Of a stretch of 64,000 bases of DNA, positions 1 to 10,206 are shown piece after piece (the stretch's first letter is position 1; the number at the start of each line of letters is the position of its first letter). The notes under the pieces are model-generated. The model ran no database searches and had not been told where the DNA came from. It saw nothing but the letters and a program-made list of their open reading frames with translations. Source of the stretch: Candidatus Poribacteria bacterium (GTDB lineage Bacteria; Poribacteria; WGA-4E; WGA-3G); the NCBI GenBank assembly GCA_963665235.2, contig CAXXLX010000001.1, positions 96,001 through 160,000 on the forward strand. The letters run 5' to 3'. The position numbers and the translations under genes are program-made.

Positions 1-2021
1 CCGCGTACAAGTCGGAATGTGCTCTGTGCAAAATCGATGCTGGTAGTGACTTCATTGAGCGTGACCACAACTTCAGAGAGGTTTGAGACCGTCTCATTCG
101 CTTCAGGCTCCGTTGAATTCAACGTTGGGGCTTGCGTGTCATAGACAATCTGGTATGTGTAAGTTTTGGTGTTACCCACGGAGTCTGTGGATTTAACATT
201 GAGCCTATAGTTTCCATCTTGACTTCCATCGGTTTTCAGGAGCGGGGCATTTAAGATATAGGTTAGCACGCCGTTATCCACATCAGGAAAGGCGCGCCCT
301 TGTATAGGGTTAGTGCTTCCATTCGATACCAGCTTGCCAAATACAATACCGGTAGGAGCGGGCACCCCATCTCGCCCGGTAAAGGCGACCCCGGTCCCGG
401 CTGCGCCATCATTAAACGTAGCGACAAACCCTCTAAGTGGCAGGTTGTAGTAAATAGTATCCCCTATTATGTTAAAAGAGGTACCATCCCCCTCTATGGG
501 ACGTAGCGAGACAAGTTCCGGGGCAAGATTATCAAAAGAGTATGATATCTGAATCGGTTCGGTTCGGTTACCTGCTTTATCGGCACCAACAATTTCAACC
601 GTGTATTCGCCATCCGCGAGGCCATCTGCTGCTATTGGGTTCAGCAATTGCCAGCGGATTCTATTGTTTGCAGGAAACGTTTTCAGCCCAAGTAGCGCAA
701 TGCCGCTCGGGGCCTTCCAGCTGATTGATGAATCGACTAAATTCAGTTCAATATTATCTGATAGTGTCGCTTCAACAAAAGTCGTCTCTCCCCTTAGCGC
801 GTCACCGGAATTAAACACGCCTCTATTTGTAGCTACACTTCTTAGGGTGGGGGCGACGTTATCGAAGGTAAATGTAGCAGTACTTGACGCAATGTTACCT
901 GCGCTATCGGCGATAACACCTGTAACTTCATAGCGCCCGTTTTCCGCAACTTCGTCAAGGGAATTGTTGAGGGTAAACCCAATTTTGTTTCCGTAAGTCA
1001 ATGTGCCGTTGAGAGGTGTGCCATTCGCCGGTCTAATCCGTATTTCTGTGTGCTCACCTGTCAAATCAAGCGGGGTACCGCCATCAGCGTCTGCCGTGAA
1101 ACTGATTGACTGAATGTTGTCTTTGACAAACGTCTCATTTATCAGCGGTATTACGTCATTTAGCGAAATATTGGTGATACGGGGTACCTTCGAGTCAATT
1201 GTGACCGTGTTTGTTTTAGGATAGGTTGTCGTTTTTCCGCTCTTGTCTTTAACCCGTAGTCTCAACGTATATTGTCCATCGGAGAAGGCTAAAGCGTCTC
1301 TATCCTTGCCGTTCCAATTGAAGGTGTGACTGCCCTGCTTTGTGTTTAATGGAATTGGCTGCCCAATTGAGGTATCTCCTGGAGCCTGTTGGAATTCTAA
1401 CAACACCTCAGCTACATCCTTGTTTAAACCGTAGTACACAGGGAGTATGTTTAGCCCCGGTGAAAACGCTGTTGCCCCAAGTCTTATAGAAATTTCTGAG
1501 ACTTTGGTATCTAACGTTACCACTGCCGTTAATTCCGACACCTGTCCTTCTGGAAGTTCAGTGTTATTCGGTTCTTCTGGAGCTGGAGCTGTAGTGTATT
1601 TGAGTTTAACACGAATCGTGTACGTGCCATCGGGCAATTTTTCAGTTTGACCTTGAGGCTTTCCATCCCATATTTCCGTTATCGTTTGATTTTTAGAGAC
1701 CGGACCGGTGGCAATAACATTTTTCCCCGCCGGACGGTCATCTATGGTAATGGTATAGGTGTATTCTATACCATCATCTCCGGAATCGTCGGTTGCAAAC
1801 GTGATTGTTAGCTTTTCATCGTCGCCGTTAAAAACTGCATCGCCGTTAGCGTCAACCTTTAAATTTTCGAGTCCAGCCCAAGCGGTAGGCTGCACAATTA
1901 GCAGCGCGATAAACAGTTGAAAAAAGAGAAAGAGTGATGTACGAAAACCGACCGCCGATTGCGTCCGTGTTTTCTTTTGATTGTAGCACGGAACAGATAA
2001 ACTATTTTTGATTTTTGACAC
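1..2021 (-). CDS. Large secreted Ig-like/FlgD-Ig repeat protein (3' part runs off the window)
   Basis: Manual translation from GTG at 2021 (GGGGG RBS upstream): signal-like LFLFFQLFIALLIVQPTAWA, then WDGK..DGTYTIRV and D..GN..T Ig-like motifs. Absent from the ORF track, consistent with no stop in the window. Confidence 0.75.
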   Translation of the reverse strand, partial: MSKIKNSLSVPCYNQKKTRTQSAVGFRTSLFLFFQLFIALLIVQPTAWAGLENLKVDANGDAVFNGDDEKLTITFATDDSGDDGIEYTYTITIDDRPAGKNVIATGPVSKNQTITEIWDGKPQGQTEKLPDGTYTIRVKLKYTTAPAPEEPNNTELPEGQVSELTAVVTLDTKVSEISIRLGATAFSPGLNILPVYYGLNKDVAEVLLEFQQAPGDTSIGQPIPLNTKQGSHTFNWNGKDRDALAFSDGQYTLRLRVKDKSGKTTTYPKTNTVTIDSKVPRITNISLNDVIPLINETFVKDNIQSISFTADADGGTPLDLTGEHTEIRIRPANGTPLNGTLTYGNKIGFTLNNSLDEVAENGRYEVTGVIADSAGNIASSTATFTFDNVAPTLRSVATNRGVFNSGDALRGETTFVEATLSDNIELNLVDSSISWKAPSGIALLGLKTFPANNRIRWQLLNPIAADGLADGEYTVEIVGADKAGNRTEPIQISYSFDNLAPELVSLRPIEGDGTSFNIIGDTIYYNLPLRGFVATFNDGAAGTGVAFTGRDGVPAPTGIVFGKLVSNGSTNPIQGRAFPDVDNGVLTYILNAPLLKTDGSQDGNYRLNVKSTDSVGNTKTYTYQIVYDTQAPTLNSTEPEANETVSNLSEVVVTLNEVTTSIDFAQSTFRLVR

Positions 2022-2100
2022 GCGTTTCCCCCTACTACCGCGAAGCCGGGTCTATTCCTATTTTTCAACTTCGCGTGGATTCACAAGTATTAATTTCTTT

Positions 2101-2254
2101 AACGTAAGCTTGATAATAAATATCCGTTTGCTCTAAACCTTTTTCATCGCGAAAAAAGCGGAATAATTGTAGCATAAACTTCCTAGTTTGTGCTGTTCTT
2201 TGCTAAAACTACCACAGAACGCTCTAGGTCAAAACTTTTTTTCAAACTCGCGTT
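2101..2254. mobile_element. MITE family B, copy 1, with internal GTAG-REP
   Basis: Near reverse complement of 28426-28578. Ends AACGTAAGCTTGA / TCAAACTCGCGTT form TIRs. REP GTAGCATAAACTTCCTAGTTTGTGC at 2169-2193. No clear TSD. Confidence 0.75.
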
Positions 2255-2550
2255 ATTTAGTGTACAGATAGCATTCAACAACGTAGCTGGCACGTTCCGG
2301 CGTGCCGTTACACGGATGTCTATGCTACCAGTGGCTCGCCTATATCTTTATTTTTTGCAGGAGTAAGCTCCCATCGTGACTTTTTGAAATCCCAGAATTT
2401 AACAGATTCGGGCTATTATTTCGTCCTGATGTATTAGACGCAATATTTTCAATTAGGTTGATTTAAAACGGATAGCGGGTACTTTTCAATCTATTTTTTA
2501 GGGCAGGTTTGCGACCTGCCCGAGTTAAAAGAAAGCCGCCCGCGCTAAGA

Positions 2551-3555
2551 TTAACCGATGTCCCCGTTCTCAAGCATCGTTAGCAAAGCGGAGTCTTCTG
2601 TGGTGAGCGGTAAATTAATTTTCGCTCGCCGCCGACTGGACTCGTAAGTGGCAAAAATAAGTTCGGTTGCCTGAATTGCCTTGCGTCCGCTGAGTTCCGG
2701 CTCGCGTCCTGTTTTCACGCTGTCAATGAGGTCAAGAACAGAGAGCACGGTGTCGTTGCCTCTCGGTGTAACGTCGCTGAGGTCGGGCTTTTCCCATTCA
2801 GCTGACCCTTCTCTCAGGAGACGTACCGGTGCACCGCCGCCGACATCAATAATGCCCTTCGTGCCGATAAGCCGATTGGAGAATCCCTTTAAGGAGACCC
2901 CGCCGGTGGTCAACAACCCTTCTACACCGTTTTTCCAGCGGAACCACGATAAACCGCTCGTCTCTACCTGTGTACCGAAGACAATTTTTTCAGCGTCCAC
3001 GTCTATTTGACCAATAACCCACTCAACAGGTTCGTCATTATTGTAAAAAAAGAACATATCGAACCAGTGAGTGCCCCAGTCAAGTAAATTTGGGCACGAC
3101 CCTTCAAGGCGGCGGAGCTCCCCGATTACGCCGTCGTTTGCCAGTTGCCGCGCTTTGATGAACTGTGCACCAAAACGACGTTGATGACAGAACGTTATGA
3201 CTACGTCGTTATCCACACATGCCTGATAAAGTGCTTTTGCATCTCCCCAGGTGGGTGCCATCGGTTTTTCAGAATGGATGGCTTTGATGCCGCTGTTCGC
3301 TGCGGCGATAACCATGTCTCTGTGAAGTGCAATCCACGTGCAGACGCTGACGAAGTCGAGGGATTCTTCCTCGAGCATTTCGTTATAGTCTTCGTAAGGT
3401 TTGACACCTTCGAACTGCTCAGCGAATTTGTTTCGCGCGCCCTCAACGGGGTCCGCGCATGCCACAATCTCGACATCCGGTGATGCCTGATATCCCTGTG
3501 CATGAGCGCGTCCGCGCCCACCACAACCGATAATACCTGCTTTAAAAGTTGCCAT
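2551..3555 (-). CDS. Gfo/Idh/MocA family oxidoreductase
   Basis: GIIGCGGRG Rossmann motif, EKPMA motif, DWGTHWFD. Confidence 0.9.
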   Translation of the reverse strand: MATFKAGIIGCGGRGRAHAQGYQASPDVEIVACADPVEGARNKFAEQFEGVKPYEDYNEMLEEESLDFVSVCTWIALHRDMVIAAANSGIKAIHSEKPMAPTWGDAKALYQACVDNDVVITFCHQRRFGAQFIKARQLANDGVIGELRRLEGSCPNLLDWGTHWFDMFFFYNNDEPVEWVIGQIDVDAEKIVFGTQVETSGLSWFRWKNGVEGLLTTGGVSLKGFSNRLIGTKGIIDVGGGAPVRLLREGSAEWEKPDLSDVTPRGNDTVLSVLDLIDSVKTGREPELSGRKAIQATELIFATYESSRRRAKINLPLTTEDSALLTMLENGDIG

Positions 3556-3775
3556 CTCAATTTCCCTCTTTTGAGTTCCGGGTTTCAGTACAAACTGTCC
3601 CCATTAACTTACATTTTGGAATGCATGACTTGTAACCCGATAGTGCAAGTTAAACGTTGACCTCTGTTTTTTATCTATGCTATACTTTACCATGAATTAA
3701 GTTGAAACGCAAGTCACTTTTTTGCGTCCATCCTGATATGTTAAAATTTTCTGATAAACTACAAGGTGGCCCGGT

Positions 3776-5359
3776 ATGAAGGTAGTCACTGCAGCGGAAA
3801 TGCGCCAAATTGACCACGACACGATTGAAGGTATCGGTATTCCCGGTATTGTGCTCATGGAAACAGCGGGAAGTGCCATCGTCCGAACGATTGAACGGCA
3901 TTACCCAACGTGTCAACAGATTAGCATTTTTGCTGGAAAAGGCAATAACGGCGGCGATGGCATTGTTATCGCACGTCAACTTGCCCACGCAGGCAGAAAA
4001 ACCCATCTCTACCTCGTCTCCTCGGGAGAAAGTTTCACCGGAGAGGCGCGGATTAATCTCAACATTGCAAAAAATCTGGGGTTACAGATTGAGGAGCTCT
4101 TGACAAATACAGCACTTCTCAACGCACTCAACCGCATCGGCAGTTGTGACCTAATTGTGGATGCCATTTTCGGCACAGGGTTGCGCGGGACTGTAGGTGG
4201 AACTATCGCTGAGGTCATCAAAACTATCAATGGTCTCTGTACACCTATCCTATCCGTTGACCTCCCCTCCGGGCTGGATGCAAATACAGGCAATATATTA
4301 GGCGCATGTGTAGAAGCGGATAGAACGGTAACGATAGGTTTTCCAAAAAGGGGGGTGTTGTTGCATCCAGGGGCTGAACTATCAGGCAAATTAGAGGTCG
4401 TTGACATCGGTTTTCCGAAACAGGTCGTTGATGCTCAAAACATTGCGGTGAATTGGACAACAGCAGGCCAAGCCGCACAATGGATGCCGAGTCGCCCTGC
4501 CGCTTCTCATAAAGGCAGTTACGGCCGTGTGCTCGTCATTGCAGGGTCAACCGGAATGACAGGCGCGGCGGCTCTCACAAGCGAAGCCGCATTGCGGACC
4601 GGCGCAGGGTTGGTGACGCTCGCTATGCCGCGAAGCTTGAATACAATCTTGGAGGTAAAGCTGTCTGAGGTGATGACGTTACCGCTGCCCGAAACGACAG
4701 AAGGCAGCCTAGCGGAATCTGCCACCCCGACCATCCTTGAATTCGCAGAAAAAACCCAATCTGTGCTTGCCATCGGGCCGGGGCTCTCTCAACATCCTGA
4801 GACGGTGACGTTCGTTCACCGATTGGTTCAGGAAAATCGGGAACAGGGGCTGGATTTACCTACGGTTATTGATGCAGATGCATTGAACGCCTTAGCGCAA
4901 GCCCCGGATATTCTCTCACTGCTCGGAGCAGAAACAGTGCTCACACCGCACCCGGGGGAAATGGCACGTTTAACGAATACGCCTATCCAGACACTGGAAG
5001 CGGATAGAATTAGCACAGCACAGCAATTTGCTACCCAATACGGTTTAACACTCGTGTTTAAAGGGGTGCCGACCGTCATCGGATGGCAGAACGCTGATGT
5101 TTGGCTCAATTCAACCGGCAACCCCGGCATGGCAACGGCTGGCATGGGCGATGTGCTTACAGGTATGATTGCAGGGTTGATAGCCCAAGGCATGTCAAGT
5201 GAAACGGCAGCAGTGCTGGCGGTTTATCTACACGGCGCAGCGGGAGACCTGGCTGCTGAAACGGTCGGACTGCATGGACTTATTGCTAGGGATGTGTTAC
5301 AAGCAGTGCCGCAGGCAATATCTTCGCTGATACCTAATATAACGCAAGTTGCCACATAG
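3776..5359 (+). CDS. nnr: Bifunctional NAD(P)H-hydrate epimerase/dehydratase
   Basis: GKGNNGGDG, DAIFGTG, DLPSG, HKGSYG, LTPHPGE, AGMGDVL motifs (YjeF N and C domains). Confidence 0.95.
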   Translation: MKVVTAAEMRQIDHDTIEGIGIPGIVLMETAGSAIVRTIERHYPTCQQISIFAGKGNNGGDGIVIARQLAHAGRKTHLYLVSSGESFTGEARINLNIAKNLGLQIEELLTNTALLNALNRIGSCDLIVDAIFGTGLRGTVGGTIAEVIKTINGLCTPILSVDLPSGLDANTGNILGACVEADRTVTIGFPKRGVLLHPGAELSGKLEVVDIGFPKQVVDAQNIAVNWTTAGQAAQWMPSRPAASHKGSYGRVLVIAGSTGMTGAAALTSEAALRTGAGLVTLAMPRSLNTILEVKLSEVMTLPLPETTEGSLAESATPTILEFAEKTQSVLAIGPGLSQHPETVTFVHRLVQENREQGLDLPTVIDADALNALAQAPDILSLLGAETVLTPHPGEMARLTNTPIQTLEADRISTAQQFATQYGLTLVFKGVPTVIGWQNADVWLNSTGNPGMATAGMGDVLTGMIAGLIAQGMSSETAAVLAVYLHGAAGDLAAETVGLHGLIARDVLQAVPQAISSLIPNITQVAT

Positions 5360-5484
5360 TAGCATAAACTTCCTAGTTTGTGCCATAAGGGCGCGAACTA
5401 GGAAGTTCACGCTACAATTATCAGCAGTTTTTGACTAAAAGCGGCGTTCCCAAGTCTAAAAATTTATAGGTGGCAACTTAGGTT
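5341..5484. mobile_element. MITE family C with inverted REP doublet; supplies the nnr stop codon
   Basis: TIRs AACGCAAGTTGCCAC / GTGGCAACTTAGGTT, 5-bp TSD AATAT (5336-5340 and 5485-5489), inverted REP pair at 5359-5415. Confidence 0.75.
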
Positions 5485-5537
5485 AATATATCTCACCGTT
5501 TGTAGGCACGCCTACAAACGTCCTACAAGGAAAGAAA

Positions 5538-5948
5538 ATGGAAAACTATAAAATTTATCCAGTTGCGGCGGCGGATGCCTCAACCGCTTTTCAGGTGGAA
5601 TTGGACAGACACGCAATTGCTGCTACAGAAGAGCTCGAAAATAGCGGTGCCCAAGGCGCAGAACGTGAGGAAATTCTACGGAAACACCTCGGTGTCGATT
5701 ATGAAAAAGGCTACCGCGGCACTGCATGGGGTTTACACGGCATCTCTGACGGTTTGACCCCGGCACGGCTGGCAACGCTACTCGAAGCACACGGTGAATC
5801 CTTTGACCCCTGTGCTGAACGTGAAACTTATGACCACAGTTTGATGGTTAACGTTGAAGAGGAGCTGGCATCGCAACTAGACGATGTCCTCGAATCTGTA
5901 TTGGACGCAATTGTTGAGACGTATAAAGCTGCGTTGTTAAATGCATAA
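5538..5948 (+). CDS. Hypothetical acidic protein
   Basis: AAGGA RBS, ATG start, 136 aa. Confidence 0.65.
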   Translation: MENYKIYPVAAADASTAFQVELDRHAIAATEELENSGAQGAEREEILRKHLGVDYEKGYRGTAWGLHGISDGLTPARLATLLEAHGESFDPCAERETYDHSLMVNVEEELASQLDDVLESVLDAIVETYKAALLNA

Positions 5949-6025
5949 TTAACGCTCCTCCGTCAAATCCCCATGCTTTAGCTTGTGGGATGTAGATGGC
6001 TAAGAGGTCGTGGTCTAAAATAAAT

Positions 6026-6054
6026 TTGACATTCATAACAAAATGTGATATAAT
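6026..6054 (+). promoter_or_regulatory. Consensus sigma70 promoter
   Basis: TTGACA-17 bp-TATAAT with extended TG. Confidence 0.8.
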
Positions 6055-6425
6055 ACCATTTCTAATTGAAAATGTCTCTTTATTGTAGCATAAACTTCCA
6101 GTTTGTGCGCTTTATTGTAGCATAAACTTCCAGTTTGTGCGCTTTATTGTAGCATAAACTTCCAGTTTGTGCGCTTTATTGTAGCATAAACTTCCAGTTT
6201 GTGCGCTTTATCGTAGCATAAACTTCCAGTTTGTGCTCTTTATTGTAGCATAAACTTCCAGTTTGTGCGCTTTATTGTAGCATAAACTTCCAGTTTGTGC
6301 GCTTTATTGTAGCATAAACTTCCAGTTTGTGCGCTTTATCGTAGCATAAACTTCCAGTTCGTGTCTTCCGTTCTCCGTTTCATTTCTAACAACCGGTAAT
6401 GATAGAATAATTAATAAAAATGGTA
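6054..6425. mobile_element. MITE family A, copy 1, with 9 x 32-bp REP tandem array
   Basis: Ends TACCATTT / AAATGGTA, TAA TSD, arms nearly identical to 37774-38116. Confidence 0.8.
6081..6365. repeat. Tandem array of 9 x 32-bp units (TATTGTAGCATAAACTTCCAGTTTGTGCGCTT)
   Basis: Period 32 from 6081 to 6337, no spacers. Confidence 0.95.
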
Positions 6426-6828
6426 TAATATTACCAGCATCGTGGATAGCATTCTTACCCGTAGTTTCTCAATTACGGTGCTATCCCTCAATCGTAAGAA
6501 GTTGTGAGATGCTAGTGCGAAATCACTCAAAACATTTTAGGACGGACCGACGATACATGTGGAGTAGAATCCCAGTCAACTGTGTCCGTCTGTCACTTCT
6601 ATTTCTAAAACGGGCGGGCATAGCCAGCAACCATCCTGCTGATAACTCTGATCCACGTTCAGTGTTTCAGACAATCGCCCTAAGTGGAGACGACATAAGA
6701 CGGGTTGTCCCCCAGGGATAAACGCTGTTGTCGAGGAAGCACAAGCCCCTACCTTTAGGTGGTGGGTACTATGACCAGAGGTTTGTGACGAGGCACAGCG
6801 GCCTCGCCACTGAATTGATTCGTAGATT

Positions 6829-7923
6829 TTAGTAATCGGCAACCGAGCCATCCGCTAATCTGGCATTTGGCCAGGTAAACTTTCTGCCCTGCTGACTGAC
6901 TTCAATCACCTTCGCTTCGTCTACTTCAACCCCTAGACCGGGCCCTTCAGGGAGGGACACGTAGCCTTCCTCGTCCATCTGCCAATTTTTGTGGGCAACC
7001 CCAGCGGGTAGGACGTTCTCGTAGCCTTCATGGATGAGGAAAAACGGGACTGAAGCGGATAGCTGAAAACTCGCGGTGAGCCCCAGATAGGACATCGTGC
7101 AGTGCGGTGCTATCGGCACGTGATGTGCCTCAGCAAGGGCAGCCACCTTTTTCACCTGGGTAATGCCACCACCGTGCCCGCAATCCGGCTGTAGAATATC
7201 GATGACCTGTGCTTCAAGGATTTCTCGTACCTCCCATATTGTTCGGTCCCGTTCGCCGGTTGCCAATGGAACAGGGACAGATTCTCGGACCTTCCGCATA
7301 ACTTCAACGTTGCCCGGTACCCATGCCTCCTCAAGGAAGAGCAGGTCGTCAGGTTTTAGATACCCTGCAAACTGTTTGAGGATAGGTGGGGGTAGACAGC
7401 TATGTGCATCAAACATAACAGCCCCATCTGGTCCAACTTTCTCGCGGGTATCGTGAATCCGTTGTACCATGTTGGCAATCTCATCGGGGGTACCCGCAAA
7501 GGGTTTAGAGCCGCCCGGACCTGTTTTTATTGCCTTCGGGCTCGGATACTTCCAAATTTTATCCCGGCAAGGCCCGCCGAGCAGGCGATAGACTGGAACA
7601 CCCCACAGCTTTCCGGCTATATCCCACAGTGCCATATCAATAGCCGAGAGTGTGTGAATCATTAAGCCGCCGCCCCGGATGTTTCTGTGGGCACGAAACA
7701 TCCGTTGCCAGTGATGCTCAATGCGTGTCGGGTTCTCGCCTATAATCAGTTCGGATAGGGAACGTGCCAAAGCACAGGTGACAGTTGTCTCCATATTGTT
7801 GATTTCACCCCATCCTGTAACGTCCATGTTGGTTTCAATCTTAACGTAGGCTTTGACCCCCATAGGGAAAGCCTCAAGGTTTGTCACGCGAATCTGTGAA
7901 CCTTTATCTTCATAGTCAGCCAT
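6829..7923 (-). CDS. Mandelate racemase/enolase-superfamily dehydratase (DgoD-like)
   Basis: AIDMALWDIAGK, DAH, EE, ATGER, QPD, APHC motifs. Confidence 0.9.
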   Translation of the reverse strand: MADYEDKGSQIRVTNLEAFPMGVKAYVKIETNMDVTGWGEINNMETTVTCALARSLSELIIGENPTRIEHHWQRMFRAHRNIRGGGLMIHTLSAIDMALWDIAGKLWGVPVYRLLGGPCRDKIWKYPSPKAIKTGPGGSKPFAGTPDEIANMVQRIHDTREKVGPDGAVMFDAHSCLPPPILKQFAGYLKPDDLLFLEEAWVPGNVEVMRKVRESVPVPLATGERDRTIWEVREILEAQVIDILQPDCGHGGGITQVKKVAALAEAHHVPIAPHCTMSYLGLTASFQLSASVPFFLIHEGYENVLPAGVAHKNWQMDEEGYVSLPEGPGLGVEVDEAKVIEVSQQGRKFTWPNARLADGSVADY

Positions 7924-8062
7924 TGTGATAATTCCTCCAATTGGTGGTTGGCTGTTGACTTATGGCTATTGGCAAGAGAAAGAGGTCTCTGACGCGTGTC
8001 AAAAAACTGTTTAGAATCACAAACTCTTGCTAATTGCCTCTTTGCTAACTGCTATTCGCTAA

Positions 8063-9292
8063 TTAACCATTTGCTGATAACAGTGTATCCACCGTGATAG
8101 TTTGTAAAGTTTCGGCCTGATGTGTGTGAAATTCAGTTAGTGTTTGAGATGTCTTTTTCGCAAGCGGGTTTCCTTCAGGTAAACGCAGTGTTAGCGTTCC
8201 TTCCACGGCACTGATAATTTCCCAAAGCGTAATTTCGCTAAGTGCGCGGGCGGGGAGATATCCGAGCGTGTCTCCTTCAACTTCGTAGATGAGCTCCGCT
8301 GCTTTGAAACGTGCGAAAATTCCATCTATAAGCTCCGCAGGAAACCCCGACAGGGCGACGAGGTTTTCCATATCAGATGCTCCCTCCCCTTGCTGAAACC
8401 GTTCCGCGACCCTCAGGAACAATTCTAGCACCCCGCCTGCCGTGATATAGTTGTCCATAGCGTAGGGTTGATTCTGCCCCAAATCCCCTCGCTGAAAATT
8501 GTGAGCGACATGTGTCACCTCTGCCCCGAACAGAATTATCACCCAGGTGACATAAATCCATAGTGCTAGGACGACAAGCAGTGCAAGCGCGCCGTAAATC
8601 TCATTATAGTTTTTCCACACTAGCTCAAGATATCGGCCAAATGCCAGCCGCGCAATTTGGAATAACGTGCCTGCACTCAATGTACCAAGCAATCCAGAAT
8701 GCCACGTCACCGACGTGTTCGGCAGAGCGATATACATGAGGAGGAAGAGGCAGTAGACCAGAAACCACGGCAGAAAATGCCCGAATAACCAATTGGCGGT
8801 AGTGGAAAAGAAAAGCCAGATTAAGAGTGGCCCCACCGATAACAACGTGTAAAATACCGCATACTTTTGGAACGCTTGTACCAACGGTAACCGTCGTCGT
8901 GCTCCCCAAATGTCGTTGAAGTGCTGTTCAACCGACATGAAAAGCATCGTTGACACCACCAAAAACAGGAGAAATCCGCCAGCACCGAGCCGTCCGAGAT
9001 TTTGGTTGGCAAAATCAGAGAGTCGTGTTACAATTTCTTCAGCCCCGTAGCGCGGCAAGAGGTTATTTTGTAGGGCAACGATTAAAGGAGATGCCGCATT
9101 TTCAAAAACGCCAAAGGTTTTCAGCAGGAACAGTGCCAACGCTGATAACGGCACAAGGCAAAGAAGCGTGTTAAATGCTAAGGATGAAGCTTGCTGCAAG
9201 CACTTGTGTCTCAAAAATTGTTGCCACGTCTTTAAACTGATGTGCACTATGTATCTGGAAAGGTGATGTAACAGTTCGCGTGGTTTTTCCAT
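8063..9292 (-). CDS. YihY/BrkB family membrane protein with C-terminal wHTH
   Basis: ASSLAFNTLL.LVP, YGAL, LWIY..W.IILFGAE; C-terminal GYLPAR...ITL. Confidence 0.85.
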   Translation of the reverse strand: MEKPRELLHHLSRYIVHISLKTWQQFLRHKCLQQASSLAFNTLLCLVPLSALALFLLKTFGVFENAASPLIVALQNNLLPRYGAEEIVTRLSDFANQNLGRLGAGGFLLFLVVSTMLFMSVEQHFNDIWGARRRLPLVQAFQKYAVFYTLLSVGPLLIWLFFSTTANWLFGHFLPWFLVYCLFLLMYIALPNTSVTWHSGLLGTLSAGTLFQIARLAFGRYLELVWKNYNEIYGALALLVVLALWIYVTWVIILFGAEVTHVAHNFQRGDLGQNQPYAMDNYITAGGVLELFLRVAERFQQGEGASDMENLVALSGFPAELIDGIFARFKAAELIYEVEGDTLGYLPARALSEITLWEIISAVEGTLTLRLPEGNPLAKKTSQTLTEFHTHQAETLQTITVDTLLSANG

Positions 9293-9480
9293 AAGAGTTT
9301 CGTTATTTTGTCAGGTTTCGCCGCGTCCAACCCGGCCTACAATACTTTCGGACAACTGATAACCGTCCTCGGATTATAGCATATCATCGATTATTTGAAA
9401 AGTGATTTTTTTCATAGCGGATTTTACGAGCGTATCAAAATTTCACACCCTTTTCTTCTTTGCATGGAGCCCCTGGCGTT

Positions 9481-10206
9481 ATGATTATTAATGACATTAA
9501 ACAGAGGTTGCGACAAAACCGATGGTTGGCACCTTTGATGGGATGCCCCTATCCAGCCCCTCGCTGGAACCGCGCTGTTAAACGTATTATCCGAGCGTTG
9601 GGGCCGGACGCACGTATCTTAGATGTAGGCTCCGGGATGCACCGCCGCGCACCGAATGTGACGAATCTGGAAATTGAACCTACCCCGGCAGTCGATGTCG
9701 TCGCAGATGGGCACTGCCTTCCATTCAGGGATAATACCTTTGATGCTGTTATCTCGGAAGCGGTGCTGGAGCATGTTCGTGACCCGCAGCGTGTCGTAGC
9801 GGAAATGTACCGTGTCCTGAAGCCCGGCGGATATGTTTGTGCAGCGGTGCCGTTTTTACAAGGCTATCATGCATCGCCTCACGATTATCAGCGATGGACA
9901 GTGTCAGGCTTTGAGGCGTTGTTTTCAGCATTTGACGCAGTTGAGCAGGGGGCATGTGCTGGTCCAACGGCAGCACTCCATTGGGTTTTCAGGGAATACG
10001 TTGGACTTCTCTGTTCATTCGGGAGTTTGGTAGTTGCGAAAGCGGTATCGCTCTTGGTCGGATGGTTGACGTTTCCGTTGGTGTGGTTGGATAGTGTGTT
10101 GTTATTGCATCCGCATTCGCACATTTTGGCATCTGCGGTGTATTTTGTCGGCAGGAAAAATTCAAACGGGCAAGCATATAGGCACCGCATCCGTACATCC
10201 ACCTAA
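9481..10206 (+). CDS. Class I SAM-dependent methyltransferase
   Basis: ILDVGSG, LPF.DNTFDAV, VLEHV, VLKPGG; start uncertain. Confidence 0.85.
   Translation: MIINDIKQRLRQNRWLAPLMGCPYPAPRWNRAVKRIIRALGPDARILDVGSGMHRRAPNVTNLEIEPTPAVDVVADGHCLPFRDNTFDAVISEAVLEHVRDPQRVVAEMYRVLKPGGYVCAAVPFLQGYHASPHDYQRWTVSGFEALFSAFDAVEQGACAGPTAALHWVFREYVGLLCSFGSLVVAKAVSLLVGWLTFPLVWLDSVLLLHPHSHILASAVYFVGRKNSNGQAYRHRIRTST

Larger units (their letters stand above)
5953..6775 (+). mobile_element. Non-autonomous IS200/IS605-family element (probable internally deleted tnpB, retained ends and omegaRNA)
   Basis: End hairpins ATCCCCATGCTTTAGCTTGTGGGAT (~5967-5991) and AAGCCCCTACCTTTAGGTGGTGGGTACTATGAC (to 6775). TnpB-like scraps SQLCPS and LKRAG. 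Left boundary approximate. Confidence 0.6.

Noticed and set aside
300-1650. Short plus-strand ORFs
   Set aside because: Antisense to the large Ig-like gene
5538-5948. DUF932-like phage protein (GTAWGL motif)
   Set aside because: Only a short motif resemblance and no phage context
6081-6365. CRISPR array (also 37801-38052)
   Set aside because: Units abut with constant linkers, there are no unique spacers or cas genes, and the arrays sit inside a TIR element
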